The position numbers and the translations under genes were made by a program. Below are positions 39,479-52,054 of a stretch of DNA of 64,000 nucleotides, in pieces; the first letter of the stretch is position 1; every line of letters begins with the position of its first letter. This stretch comes from Chlorokybus atmophyticus (lineage: Eukaryota; Plantae; Mesostigma and Chlorokybus algae): positions 61,444 through 125,443 of the forward strand of contig RHPI01001616.1 of the NCBI GenBank assembly GCA_009103225.1, given 5' to 3'. Under the pieces are notes generated by a model that saw only the letters and a list, made by a program, of their open reading frames with translations, was not told where the DNA came from and ran no database searches.

Positions 39479-42400
39479 TTAAGGCGCCAAACTCTTTGAA
39501 ACAATCTCGTAGACATTGTCTGTCAGCCCTTGCTTGCCCATTATCCTCTGTAATTGCGCCTGAAAGCAAGCAAACAAGGATAAACAACTTATGTTAAAAC
39601 ACACACAGGCACTGACAACTGTTGAGGGAGCCAAGGCATGCTATAGGCAGCCTGCCCACCAAATCATGAACAAACACAAATGGCAGAGAATGCCCGGTAA
39701 GCAACACCCACCTTCATCTGCTCCTGGCGTTTTGGGCCGTACTTGCGCCAGCGCGTGAAAGCCGAAACCATCCGGGACGCCACCTGTAGCATACAGTTCT
39801 GGTCAGCCAACATGTTGCCAACCAGTACTAAATGCAGAAAACAGGTGCATATGGGCGACACCACCCAGCGCAGAAGCCGAGAGAAAGTGCGTACCTGGCC
39901 GTTTAGTGAGTCTAGCTGCAGAACCACATCCGCCAGGAACTCGTAGCCACTTCCGTCCTCTGCGTGGAAGTTGACAGGACTGGCACAGAACCCTCCAATC
40001 AACGAGTACACCTGCAGACAACAATACGACAATCAGTGCCGCGGCAACAAAGTAGTGAGACTGAGACTTGCACGCCAGTGACAAACCTTGTTTGGGTTGC
40101 GTATGTCAAAAGCAGGGTGATTCATCAGCGCCTTAACACGCATCACATTGCCAGGGATGTCGGATGATGCTTGCAAACCCAGCCTGCACGAATGCAAGTC
40201 AGCCCGATATGCAAGAGCAGTACCCGCCATATGCGCGAGAATCTGTTGAGAACCATTGCACCTCCACGTCAACACCATGCAACGACTTCCACAGTAATAG
40301 AGGGCGCCCTGTGTGCATCTGCAACTTGACAGCTCAAACAGAGTGCTCACCACTTGTTGACCACAAGCATGTCCTTCTGCCACTTCTGGTAAAACTCATC
40401 CAGCACTTGATCACGCTCAGGTGTATCGTTCATTGCAACAGAGGCAAGAGCCGCGATCTCGTCCGTCATGTTGGTTGCAGTCCTAAACGCCTTGCATGCC
40501 AGGTTGGTGATCTCCGGCTCATTCAGACTTGCAAGATACCCTGTAAAAGCCGGTGATAATCAAAAGGAGTTTGGGCATGAACACCCACTCTCCGTGTCTG
40601 GTGCAGAACTGATGCACCTTACAAGCAAGTCACGACTGCATACCAAATGCCGTGTTCTTGAGTGAACGCCGGGCTTTGCTTAGTGTATCAGGCTTGTATG
40701 CCTCATCACTTGAGTTTGCTTCCACCTGCCGGCGCCATTGTAAGGAAACACGAGTTGCAAAGATGCGTTGTACATCCCAACCATGGCTGCCATCGCCGCT
40801 AATACCGTTTGACGCAGTTCAGAGCGCAGCTCCTTGGCCAGCGTCTTGACCACGAACTTGCGGACTGAATGAATGGCTACAGGATCAGCGACAGGCAACA
40901 TCTCCGAAATTTCAGTAACAGAGGGAAGGACCATTGCTGTGGAAACAAAAGCCTGCACAGACGAAGAAGGTAATCCGCATGCTCAGGGACATGCTTGAAG
41001 AATTCTGGCCAAGTTAAGTAACCACCATGGATGTGTGCACAAACCTTGTCCAGCGACTGAATGCCCAGCAGCGAGCGGTAGGCATTAACAAATGAGGAGT
41101 CCAGCACCATCTGCTCGCCAGCGCTCTGCTTGTCGAGCAATGCCAGCATCACTTTCCTAGCCAAACGCTGGCCAGCCTCCCACCTAAATGTGCAGATTGT
41201 TGCTACACGCATGACTTGAGCAGCATACACATGCGCGCGTGTACACACACGCAGCAGCCAACCGGACATGATGGGTGCCAACGTGCCTGTTGAACTGGTC
41301 ACTGTCATTGGACGCCAGGAAAATCAACTCATCATCAGAAAGATCGACCTTCAGGTTGATCGGTGCGGAGAAGTTGCGGAGGAAAGAGGGAACAGGCTTG
41401 GACTGCACATCCGCAAATGTGAATGTCTGCTCAGCCTGCAATTCATGGGAACCAGGATCAGCCTGGAACCAGATTTGTTCAACCGAAGTCACTGTATGAG
41501 GCAAATGAGGACAAGAGCATGCTGCCAATGGTGTCACAATGACGAAATCACAAGCCACGCAACATGATGGCTGACTCTACCAAAACAGCAGTGTTGTAGC
41601 TTGCCAAGCCAGCTACTACCATGAAGAAAAAAAAGCTTGACGAAATGTTTTACGCATATGTTATCAGGCAATGAGACCATACCTTGTCAACGCGCAGCAC
41701 AGTGGTGGTGGGAGATGAACCATCCTTGCCTTGCAAGGAAACACGTTCGCCAGTCTGATTGTCCACAAGCGCCGTCAAGGGCATGTCGGCACCATCTGGC
41801 CCAAGCAGCCCCACAGCGAACGGAACCAGCATGGGCAACTTGCTTGGTTGGCCAGCAGTGGGAGGCACCGCTTGCCTGACAAAACCAAATACTAGTGCTG
41901 TTGATCAATGCTCATTCAACTTACAGTCAAGCAGCCTGCTAACATGTTCAGCTTGCCTGCAGAACAGGGTGTAGGTCTGTTTGTCCGCATCGTAAGAGGT
42001 GGTCACAGTAAGCTCTGGTGTCCCAGCCTGGCTGTACCAGAGCTTGAAGTGCTCGAGATCCACGCCATTGGCATCTGCCATGGCAGCGCGGAAGTCGTCA
42101 CAGGTGACTGCTTGCCCGTCGTGACGCTCAAAGTATAGGTCCATGCCCTGATAAAGGACAACTGTCTCCAATGTTCAAACCAAAGCTGCTGCATGGTTAG
42201 TCTAAATTAGATACGGCACAGCTGGCTCACCTTGCGGAAGCCGTCGGTTCCAAGCAGTGTTTGATACATCCTCACAACTTCAGCACCCTGCAAAGCATGA
42301 GTGCAACATGTTAGTGTACAACACTGCTGTACCACCAATGCGCAACACATGACTGGGACATGTCGCAGAAACACCAGCAAGAACCTTTTCATAGACAGTG

Positions 42401-45400
42401 ACTGTGTAAAAGTTGTCCATCTTGATATAAGACTCAGGGCGGACGGGATGCGCCATGGGGCCTGCATCCTGATGAGCGGCATTAGTTAACACAGTTGTGG
42501 AGAGCTGCGGTGGTGAGACAAGTACACACACACCAGTGACGAACCTGTGAGAACTGGCTAATGCGCAACCTGATCACATCAGCAATACGCTTCACAGCAC
42601 GGCTGTTCATGTCTGCAGAAAACTCCTGCACGCATACAAATGTTGTTCAGTACACATGCACAGGGATAGACATTGGAGCTGAGTACCAATGACATGTAAA
42701 GCGCAATTCTTGCCTGATCGCGGAAAACGGTAAGGCCCTCCTTCAAGCTGAGCTGGAACCAATCCCGGCATGTGACCCTACGAAAGAACTTGTACTCAAC
42801 CCAACGGCCAACACTGCTAAAGGACATGCAGTGACCACAGTGCATTTGCCCAGCCACACCTGTTCCCAGTCCAGTTATGGAAGTACTCGTGCGCAACGAC
42901 GCCTTCAATGTTTGAGTAGTCCATGTCTGTAGCCGTGTCGGGCGTTGCCAAGACCAGTTTCGAATTGAAGATCTGCACTTGTAAGTTGTTAGCATGGCAA
43001 ACTATGACAACATGCACGCAACACTGATTTGCAAACAAGCAGTGCAACAGTACACACTCACGTTCAAACTTTTGTTCTCCATAGCTCCCATGTTGAAGTC
43101 GTCGACAGCAACAATGTTGAACAAGTCCAAGTCATACTCACGCCCGAACACCTGCGTACAAGTATGCACATAAAGCACTCAAACCAAGCCATTCCAGACT
43201 GCCCACATAATGATAATGACACTGATGTAATGCACATGACCCCGTAACTCACGTCTTCATCCCACTTCATTGAATGCTTCAACGAGACCATAGCGTAGTC
43301 GCACTTCTTGATGTTATGTTCCTGTACATATATGCGCAGCACCACTTCTCGGCCTGACATAGTGACGAACTTGTCCTGGATATGCGATAGCTGCCCGGCA
43401 ACCAGCGCAAACAGGTATGATGGCTTCACAAAAGGATCCTGCAATACAGCAGATATGACTCATCAAACATGATACTAGTAATAGGATAAGAAGCTCCAGT
43501 TCTCAAGAGGCATGGATATTGGGAATACACGTACCTCCCAGACACAGAAATGCTTGCCATCCTGCATTGCATATACAACCGCACAACGTGAGTGTGCGCA
43601 GTGCTTGTGTTTCAGACACCATGACTTGCAACTGCCCAGGAATGATGTGTTGATTTTGCTAACACACTGTATAAGTCACCGCACCTCAAGATCTCCGCTA
43701 TCAACCAAGTTGCCATTGCTTAGCAGCACTGGGTACTTGCTTTTGTCTCCTACGATGCGAGTCGTGAACTTGGCCATGATATCTGGTCGATCCTATCACA
43801 AACACACCAGCCAGCTGGGAGACATGTCGACAGCGTATGTACGCTGTGCATCCACAGTACAGTTGTTTGGCAGAAGGCGACAGAGCAAGCATTATCTGCC
43901 AACCTGGAAGTATGTGATCTTTCTGAAGCCTTCAGCTTCACATTGAGTGCAAAAGTTGCCACTTGACTTGTACAGGCCCTGCATGCACTCAAGTCAGGCA
44001 CTGCGCGGCTCCACTCAACCACACCCTCCTACACGGACTGATAAGAAAGGCACCTGCCAAGTCCGTAACCTACCTCCAGTGATGTGTTAAGCTGCGGCTG
44101 TATCTGCGTGACCGTCTCAAGCACAAATGTCTCCTGAGGTGGTTGCAGCAACCTGAAGTGCTTCGGTGTAACTTCATAGTCGGAGGCTGCCAGTTGCTTC
44201 CCATTCACCATGGCCGACAGCAACTTCTGATCAACACCATCCAATACCAATGGCTCTGCTGCACCTGTTCAATAAACACCACATGTTACCACGGTTTGAG
44301 ACAGCAAAGTACTGTCCGTTCTGCAACCCAATGCTAGAGCATCAGACAAGCATGCTGCTTAGGTCACCAAGAAACCTGTCAAAGGAAGCTGCCCCCCCCC
44401 CCCCNNNNNNNNNNNNNNNNNNNNNNNNNNNNNNNNNNNNNNNNNNNNNNNNNNNNNNNNNNNNNNNNNNNNNNNNNNNNNNNNNNNNNNNNNNNNNNNN
44501 NNNNNNNNNNNNNNNNNNNNNNNNNNNNNNNNNNNNNNNNNNNNNCCCCCCCCCCCCCCCCCCCCCGTCCGTCAGCACAGCCTGAGGCTGCCTGACACAG
44601 TGTGCTGCGTCATGCAAAGAGCTACTGCAAAGCGTACCCTTGGAGCTAGGCTCAACAGTGAGGCGAGCGCGCACTGTAGTGAACTCCTCATCCAAGTTGA
44701 ATTCCAGGTCAACCTGGCGAGGGACAGAAAAATAGTGCTTGCCAACCTAATGCAGTCAGCTGGTGCTATCGCCTTTGGAAGGCAATGATGTCAAGCAGCC
44801 ACAGTGCATGCATTTGGCAGCAGAAACCGCAGAAGAAACAACAACACTTAATGCTGAACCACATGCGGCTTGGTATTTGACTACAGATACGAGTGACCAG
44901 GTCACATACCGCAGTAGTGTGATAAGGAGGGAACTTGTAGTCCTTGAGGAAAATTGGTTGTGGCTTCTCCTCAACCTTTACGGCCTCTGTTGCAGTGGCA
45001 GTGACGGGCATGCCATTGGCGTGCGGCACGGTCGCAGGTGCCATCTGTCAAGCAGCCACCAGATGTATAACTGCTACTTGAGACGCAACTAACATTGCAC
45101 GGCTCAACATGTCTGTGCGTGTTAGCTGCATGCATGTGGTAGCTTCAACTTCCACAACTCAATCCACAACTTCCAAAGCCCCTTCATTGGCAGCAAACGC
45201 AACGCAACACGCGAGAAAACAGACAATCATTATCTGGCTTATCAAAAAGTATCGTGATACCTTGTTGGGTGAGGTTACTCCCAAACTTCCGACGAAAGTG
45301 CTGCGCGCAGACTGTAACCAAGCTTGCTAAGTACCACAGCGAACAAACGCAGCGGCTATATTGCATAAATAAAAGAGGGCCACCACATTGCAAGTACACT

Positions 45401-46027
45401 CTCAGACTTACTGCCAACTCGTTAGATGAGGACCGCCCCAAGTGCGCGGAAGCAGCAGAGGCGCGCACTGGCGATGTTGCCTGGCGACCGGCAGAAGCAG
45501 CTGGCTCCTGAGGGCATAAGGAAAAGACTCACCCATTTGGCACAAGAAATGCCACAGCAAACATGTGTGGACACAACAGCACAGCACACAGTTTCAGAGA
45601 CCAAACGTCAGTCAAGACAGCAAGATATACTGTTGAAGAAACCACACGACTACATCAGCAACAAGCACAATTCAAGCGGACATGCAGCTGGGATAGCAGC
45701 GCAACACCAACAACAGCTCAGACACAGACGGGTATGTGACAGACTGAACCCAGCTGCAGGCAAACGTCACATATCAAAGCGACAGCAGCAGCAAATCCAG
45801 CTGTCAACCACCTTGCGGGCGACACCGCTCCGGGGCGAGACAATACCCGAAGTCAGTCCTGCGGTTGGGGCGGAGGCCATGTGCGACAGAGACGACCTCG
45901 AGCTCAAAGCCGGCAGCGTGCCACACGCCTCCGAGACGACTGACGACGCCAACAACCACACCCCGCCCTGACCCCGCCACACCCGCCGCCGCAACCCAGC
46001 GGACGCCGCAAACAACCTCGCCAACAT
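39479..46027 (-). CDS. pepN: M1-family alanyl aminopeptidase (PepN-type) with N-terminal organellar targeting extension
   Basis: [135 protein letters not shown]-terminal [16 protein letters not shown]. The 5' targeting exons (46027-45250) are less certain. An N-gap falls in an intron. Confidence 0.93.
44405..44545. other. Assembly gap (N-run) flanked by poly-C
   Basis: Direct reading. Confidence 0.99.
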
Positions 46028-46496
46028 GCTGGCTTACACGTAAGCTTCTTTCATGCTTACGTACACGCCAGGAGACTAACATTCCGTCGCACAATAACGT
46101 TATGTTACTCCTGCCACAAAGCCAATGTGAAACCAACCAATTTCATTTTTGCCCCGCGTGCCAGAGTCGAATGACCCGGTGATCGAGGTCGGCTGATTCA
46201 GGTGTGCACATCCATTGACTTGACTGCAATCAACCTGGCAGGCGGCTTTGTGCATATAAGCCAAGGTGGCGGTGGCGGTGGCGACGTGGGCGGTGGGGTG
46301 GTTGTCGTTGGGGTAGGCTACGAGGAGATCTTGGTGGCATCTTGTGGGTGGTGGCGTTGCGTGTGGGCGCCTTACCTGGCTGGCGGTTAAGGTGGTTTAA
46401 GCTGGGGTTGGGGTGTGCTGACCTGGTGTCGTGGCCTAGGATTTTCGTGGGTGTTGTCAAGGTTTGTGCTTGAGGGGAAGGCGGCAGTGCGTCGTC

Positions 46497-49367
46497 ATGC
46501 AGCCGTACGCTGCTCAGTACAATTATCCTGCCCCTCCTGCTCCCCCTCAGCAGCAGCAACAGCAACAGCAGGCGCCGCAGCACCAGACGTACTATGGGCA
46601 CAGTGCTGGAGATTTCGGTCAGGGTGGCAGTTACCCTTCTCAACAGCAGCAAGGCTTGTACCCGCAAGCTCCACCTCCAGGCCAGGGGCCTTATGACCAG
46701 GCTTTTAATACTCCGTCTTACTCCACATCATACATCCGGCCGCAATCCGGATCATACGACATGGCTTCCCAGTATGCCGGCAGTCCAGGGATTGTAGCTT
46801 ATGACGGTGGCACTGCAGGTGCGCTTACAGGGGTTGCCTGCTGCAATGTTTGCACAGAGTTTAGTACGCACCATTTGCCGCTGAGATTGTGACCGCTGTG
46901 TGTTGTTGCTGAAATTGTCTGTATTTTACCATCTCTCGTTGTTCGTCAGACAGGCATATTGATTTACTGAACGTGAGTTTGATTGTGACCTGTACGTGCG
47001 TCTGGTCTTAGTCATAACAACACGTGCAGTGTCATCAGCTAGCTACGAATTGCAAGTAGCGCACTATGAGTTGAGTATGCTTCCTTTTATACACACAAAC
47101 AGCACCAGAGATCGTTGTGACCCACCTGCCTACAATGGCTGGCTTGCTTTAGCTGATGTCTGTGTTGGTTGAGCAGCCCCGCTGGGTGCCTTTGGGACTG
47201 GACTTGATGGGCTGGACCGCAGCACGCGCAGCAGCACACCAAGCCGCAATGACACGGTTGGTGGAGTGGAGCGCGGTCCTGGAGGGGTGCAGCGCTTTCG
47301 TTGCCGGTTGCATGGCGACAGCGTGCAAACAGTGCTATGCCAGGTGCGATGCTGTTGCAGTTTGATCACTGCACAGTTTCATAACGCAGTTATGCTTGAA
47401 CCATTGGTGTGCTCTTTCAGATTGGGATGGATGGTGTTCGTTTTCTTGATACCTCTGGAGACAGGACGTTGAGAATATATCCCTTGCAAACCGTGACGCG
47501 CTGGGAGGTGATAACCACAAACAACGATTGTTCTCACTTGCACTAAAAAATTGACGTCTGTACTGCTGTAGTAAATTCTGTTGTGCACGTAATCCAATGT
47601 GAATTTTTACAGATGGTGGATGCCGGAATGTTTGCATTTTATGCCAAGAGCTCTGTCGATAGTGACGCTCGCCCTGTGAAACTTTCGTCTGACCGGTCTA
47701 CTCTCCATGAGCTGCAAGACACACTTGCTGCAAACTGCATTCAGGTCAGTTGCTCAACATGTGATTGTGGTGTCAGTCTCACAGTCACAAGCTTCTGTGC
47801 TCATCATTGTTGACTCTGTTGTCACTTCCGTGGTTGGTTAACATTGGCTGTTGAACTGACTTGCATCACTCTGCGACAGCTTTCGGAGATGCTCGGCAAG
47901 GATGCAAGCTCAACCTCGCATGGGACGAAGACTGCTTCCAGCAGCTCTGGGGCCTCCACCAAAGGAGCAATGTTTGTGGAGTGGATAGCGGCTCGCAAGC
48001 GTGAGGGCAACAACCCTCTTGCAATGTTGGAAGAAAGGCAACATTGGGTGCGTAACATCTCAACGTGCCATGTCATTGTCACAACCGGCCAACAGCCTCA
48101 TTCACCATCCCGGTTGCAGGTGCCAGATGAGGTCGTCAAGCAGTGCACAGCATGCCAGGCACCCTTCACTGCCTTGCGGCGCAAGGTGAGCAGGCTTAAT
48201 TGCCTGATCTTCATTAGCAGTATCATACACATGCTGCATGTCAAGGTTATTAACACTCATTGTGTATTGCCTGTTGCATCCTACAGCATCATTGCCGCAG
48301 CTGTGGAGACATTTTTTGTGATGCATGCACAAGAGGGCGAGTAGAAGTCTCTGCTGACAATGGGGTGAACACACTCGTCCGCATCTGCGACAGTTGTCAG
48401 GTGAGTGCCATTCCCGGTCTGTTCATCTTGATATTTCCGCCCTCAGCACACATGGCCCTCCAGATTTTAGAAGTTTGAATTAAGTGCACAACTGCATGTT
48501 AGCTCAGCATTGCGCTGGTTACCAGCACAGCAATAACCTTGTGCATGTTGCTAAGTTGCTGTGCCCAAGGCGCTGTTGGTGTACATTGCAACAACATTTG
48601 AGTAGAACATTCTTCACTAGAATACTACTGTGGCATGAACACAGCAAGTACTGCAAGCAGGTGATGAAGAAAGGTAGCGCTTACTGGTTGATTGCAGGCG
48701 GAAATTGCGGCTGTTGGTGGAATAGTCAGTGGCGGATCCGCGACCACGGCCACCAGCACGCCTCCAGCTTCTAGTGGCCCGGACCTGTCATCACTTCGGC
48801 ATGAAGACTTGGTCAAGAAGCTACAGGTGGGACTGATGTTCAGCGTTTCATTGTGCCAGCAGAGGCTTGTTGAGCTTTCGTAGCACCTGCTGTAGGGTTG
48901 TGTTGCTGTCAATCATGCCCACAACATGGCCCTTATAGGATGATTATGAGCGAAATGCTGCTGCTTCGAGGAGTAAGCCAGACAACTCTGTGAGTGTCAG
49001 CGGCTTCGGAGGGCATAGCAGCCAGCCGGCAGCTGCCAGTTACACGCGCACAAACTCTGCGCCAATGTCTCACTCCAGTCCCCACACATACCATGGGCCT
49101 CCGCATCTGTGGCCTTCAGTCCCTCCCATGCAGTATACACCTTCTCCTGTCCCAGCTGCGCCCCGCATGCAAGAAGTGTTGTGCCCTACGTGCCATGTCC
49201 GTCTACAGGTGTGTGGCTGAGATCGTATTTATGTTAGTGATTTGCCAGCATCCTTGCGTATACAATGTCTACTGTGCATGGCTCAGGTACAAGTGCCACC
49301 TCCTGGGCAGGACTCCACTGTAGAGTGTGGCGTATGCCACAATCCGTTCTTTGTTGCCGCTGGGTAG
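46497..49367 (+). CDS. FREE1: FYVE-domain protein FREE1/FYVE1 (plant ESCRT-associated)
   Basis: P/Q/Y-rich N-terminus; PH-like GVQRFRC...VLCQ | IGMDGVRFLD...RTLRIYPL; FYVE domain EERQHW | VPDEVVKQCTACQAPFTALRRK | HHCRSCGDIFCDACTRGR...RICDSCQ; RHEDLVKKLQ; C-terminal MQEVLCPTCHVRLQ | VQVPP...VECGVCHNPFFVAAG*. Confidence 0.95.
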
Positions 49368-49787
49368 GTTTTGGCCCCTGGCCTAGCAACCAGCTCTTAC
49401 AACCAGTATGACCACCGTATCAAGCATCCGGATGTGTGATTGGGTGGATGCGTGAGGCAGCATGCATCAGCTCAACAGCTTGGTTTGGTGCGCCTTCTCT
49501 CTGCATGTTGCCATTATCAATGTGACGCAAGCAGTAAGGTGTGGCATGAGTGGGGCTAGTGCGTGCGCTGCTTATGCTAGGAACTGTGAGTTTGCCTACC
49601 ATGGTTTTGTTGCAGCTTGTCAGTAAGATATGAGTCAGCCATTGTCCGTGCTATTACAATGTCACACATCAGCGAACAATGCGGATGCATCTGCACACCC
49701 AAACCAATCATGTATGATGGAACACCTCCAACAACTACTACTTAGCTGTTGACATGCGCATGCTGCTGCTGCATTTGCCATACACTA

Positions 49788-49914
49788 GAGTAGTGATGAA
49801 GTAAGTAGTAGGTAGTGTGCACCTAGCCCGGTGGTCGAGATAGAGGTGAGTGTGGTTAAGGTTAAGTGTCTATGCATGTGTCGTGCATGTTGCATACATC
49901 ACGTGCATATTTTG
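49788..49914 (+). mobile_element. 127-bp PLE 3'-end insertion with 7-bp TSD TACACTA
   Basis: TACACTA at 49781-87 and 49915-21. The paired arm has the empty site (tagtgta, 51387-93). Contains TAGCCCGGTGG at 49824. Confidence 0.85.
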
Positions 49915-50596
49915 TACACTACTGCATGTAGCCGTGCACACACATTCAGCTCCACACTACATTGACTTACGCCAGGCTATGTGCCTACTCTAACTTCACT
50001 ACCCAAAGCATTATGCCCAACATCATTAAACCAGTTGCTCTCTGGCCGCAAGATTTTGATCTGCAAAAGCGGGTCAATCAAGAGAGTTAGTTCTCAACGT
50101 CATGAAATCCCCAACCATGCACCTGCAAACCTCCAAACACACGACATTGCACAAAATGGCTGAGATTGATTGAGACAAAATGCAGTGTAACAGCAGCAGC
50201 ACGCGTGCAAGGGCTGAACAATGCTCAAGTAGTGGTTGAGATTGCGACAAAGTGCTTATGTGATGGCTAAGCTTGCTGCGACGGCGTGCTCCATGTAACA
50301 CAACGGAATAAGTACAGGCCGTTCTGTGAGAATGAGGACAGACGGTTACAAAATTTTGTGAGAATGAGTACAGGCCGTTCTGTTAAGAAGATGTTAGTCA
50401 GCGCCGAGAGTTATACAAGCTATGTAAGATCGGTCAATATTTTGTGCTTCAAGTGTTTTTTTGGTTTGGTAAGTATTTGGAATCACGGTGTCATTGTCGC
50501 TGAGGAGGGTGTGAGCGGCAGCGTGGTTGTGAGCATGGGCGTGGTCAGACGGTGGTTGCAATAGTGCGAGGGCGTTGGGGCACATACACACACGCC

Positions 50597-51293
50597 ATGG
50601 CTATCAAGCAGCGCCGCATTGGCGTCCTTGCTGGCAGTCTTCAGGGCGCCACGATCCGTCGCTACCTTCGAGAGGCGCAGCCTCAGCGAGCGTGCTGAGG
50701 AGACAACGGATAGCCACTAGGCGGACTTGCCCCCGCCATCGGCTTGGCTAAAAAGGCCGCCGCGGCTAATGCCAAGGACACTGCCGCCGACAACAAGGAC
50801 AAGAAGTCCCAGATCGGCCCCAAGCGCGGCTGAAGGTGAGCGGGCGTCGGGGGCCATTACTGCGGCGCGGTCAACCAGTCTAATTCTTGACGTGCAGTGT
50901 TCGGTTCATTCGCGTGAATGAACTGTTGTGTTGCAGGAAGTACCTTCATCTCAATCAGTTTCAGCCATTATGAGCACTGCTGAGCCAATTGCATGCGTGG
51001 TCCCGTTGTGTTACAAGAAGCACGCCGTCACGAGCAGTCTCAGCCATTATATGAGCACTTCATTGCAGCACAGCCATTACTTGAGCAATGTTCAGCCCTT
51101 GCACGCGTGCTGCTGCTGTTATAGTGATTTTGGCTCAGGCAGTCTTAGCCCTTTTGTGCAATGTCGTGTGTTTGGAGGTTTGCAGGTGCATAATTGGGGG
51201 TTTCATGACGTTGAGAATGAACTCTCTTGATTGACCCGCTTTTGCAGATCAAAATCTTGCGGCCAGAGAGCAACTGGTTTAATGATGTTGGGC
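50597..51293 (+). pseudogene. psaE pseudogene (5' region, exon 1, intron, part of exon 2)
   Basis: Nucleotide match to psaE exon 1 with frameshifts and a stop, then IKILRPESNWFNDVG; exon 3 absent. The exon-2 piece is also present inverted at ~50020-50065. Confidence 0.88.
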
Positions 51294-51502
51294 ATAATGC
51301 TTTGGGTAGTGAAGTTAGAGTAGGCACATAGCCTGGCGTAAGTCAATGTAGTGTGGAGCTGAATGTGTGTGCATGGCTACATGCAGTAGTGTATGGCAAT
51401 GCAGCAGCAGCATGTGCATGTCAACAGCTAAGTCGTAGTTGTTGGAGGTGTTCCATCATACATGATTAGTTTGGGTGCAGATGCATCCGCATTTGTAACA
51501 AA

Positions 51503-52054
51503 TGTAACAGCACCACCGTCGCCGGTGATGCCCCTTCAATCCTCTACCCCAACACCCACACCGCCTATGACAAGCCTTTCAACGGCGTGGCCGCCACTGA
51601 GCAGAGAACTGAAAATCCCCACATCAGTTTGATGTGACCTTTTATATCAAGAGTATATCAACTGTATACCTCTCGATAATAAACTCACAACTAGACATCG
51701 ACCCTACAGATAGGGTAGTTAGAAATTCAAGCGTGAGCCAATCACAGCTCAGATAAGGTACCTATCGAAAGAAACCTATATTAAGGTACTCAACAAGATA
51801 GTGATCACATTTTATCGAATGTGACACCGTGTGACGAAATAGTGACCAAATAGTGACTAAATAGTGACTAAATAGGCTTGAATAAGCGGTTCTACACCCA
51901 TTGGGACTTATTTAAGCTATGATAAAGCATCATAGCCTTTGATAAGCGAGGAACCGTAGAAAAGAGGTATAAATAAGCATATTTGGATACTTATTCATAC
52001 AAAATGTGTTGTTTAGGTAACAATAGTACCCCTATTATTATTGCTCCCGTTACA
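51503..52054 (-). repeat. 3' LTR (~552 bp) of the Gypsy element
   Basis: Starts TGTAAC right after the PPT and ends GTTACA (6-bp terminal inverted repeat). Confidence 0.85.

Noticed and set aside
44391-44567. Poly-C tracts around the N-gap as a biological element
   Set aside because: Most likely a sequencing/assembly difficulty; the gap content is unknown.
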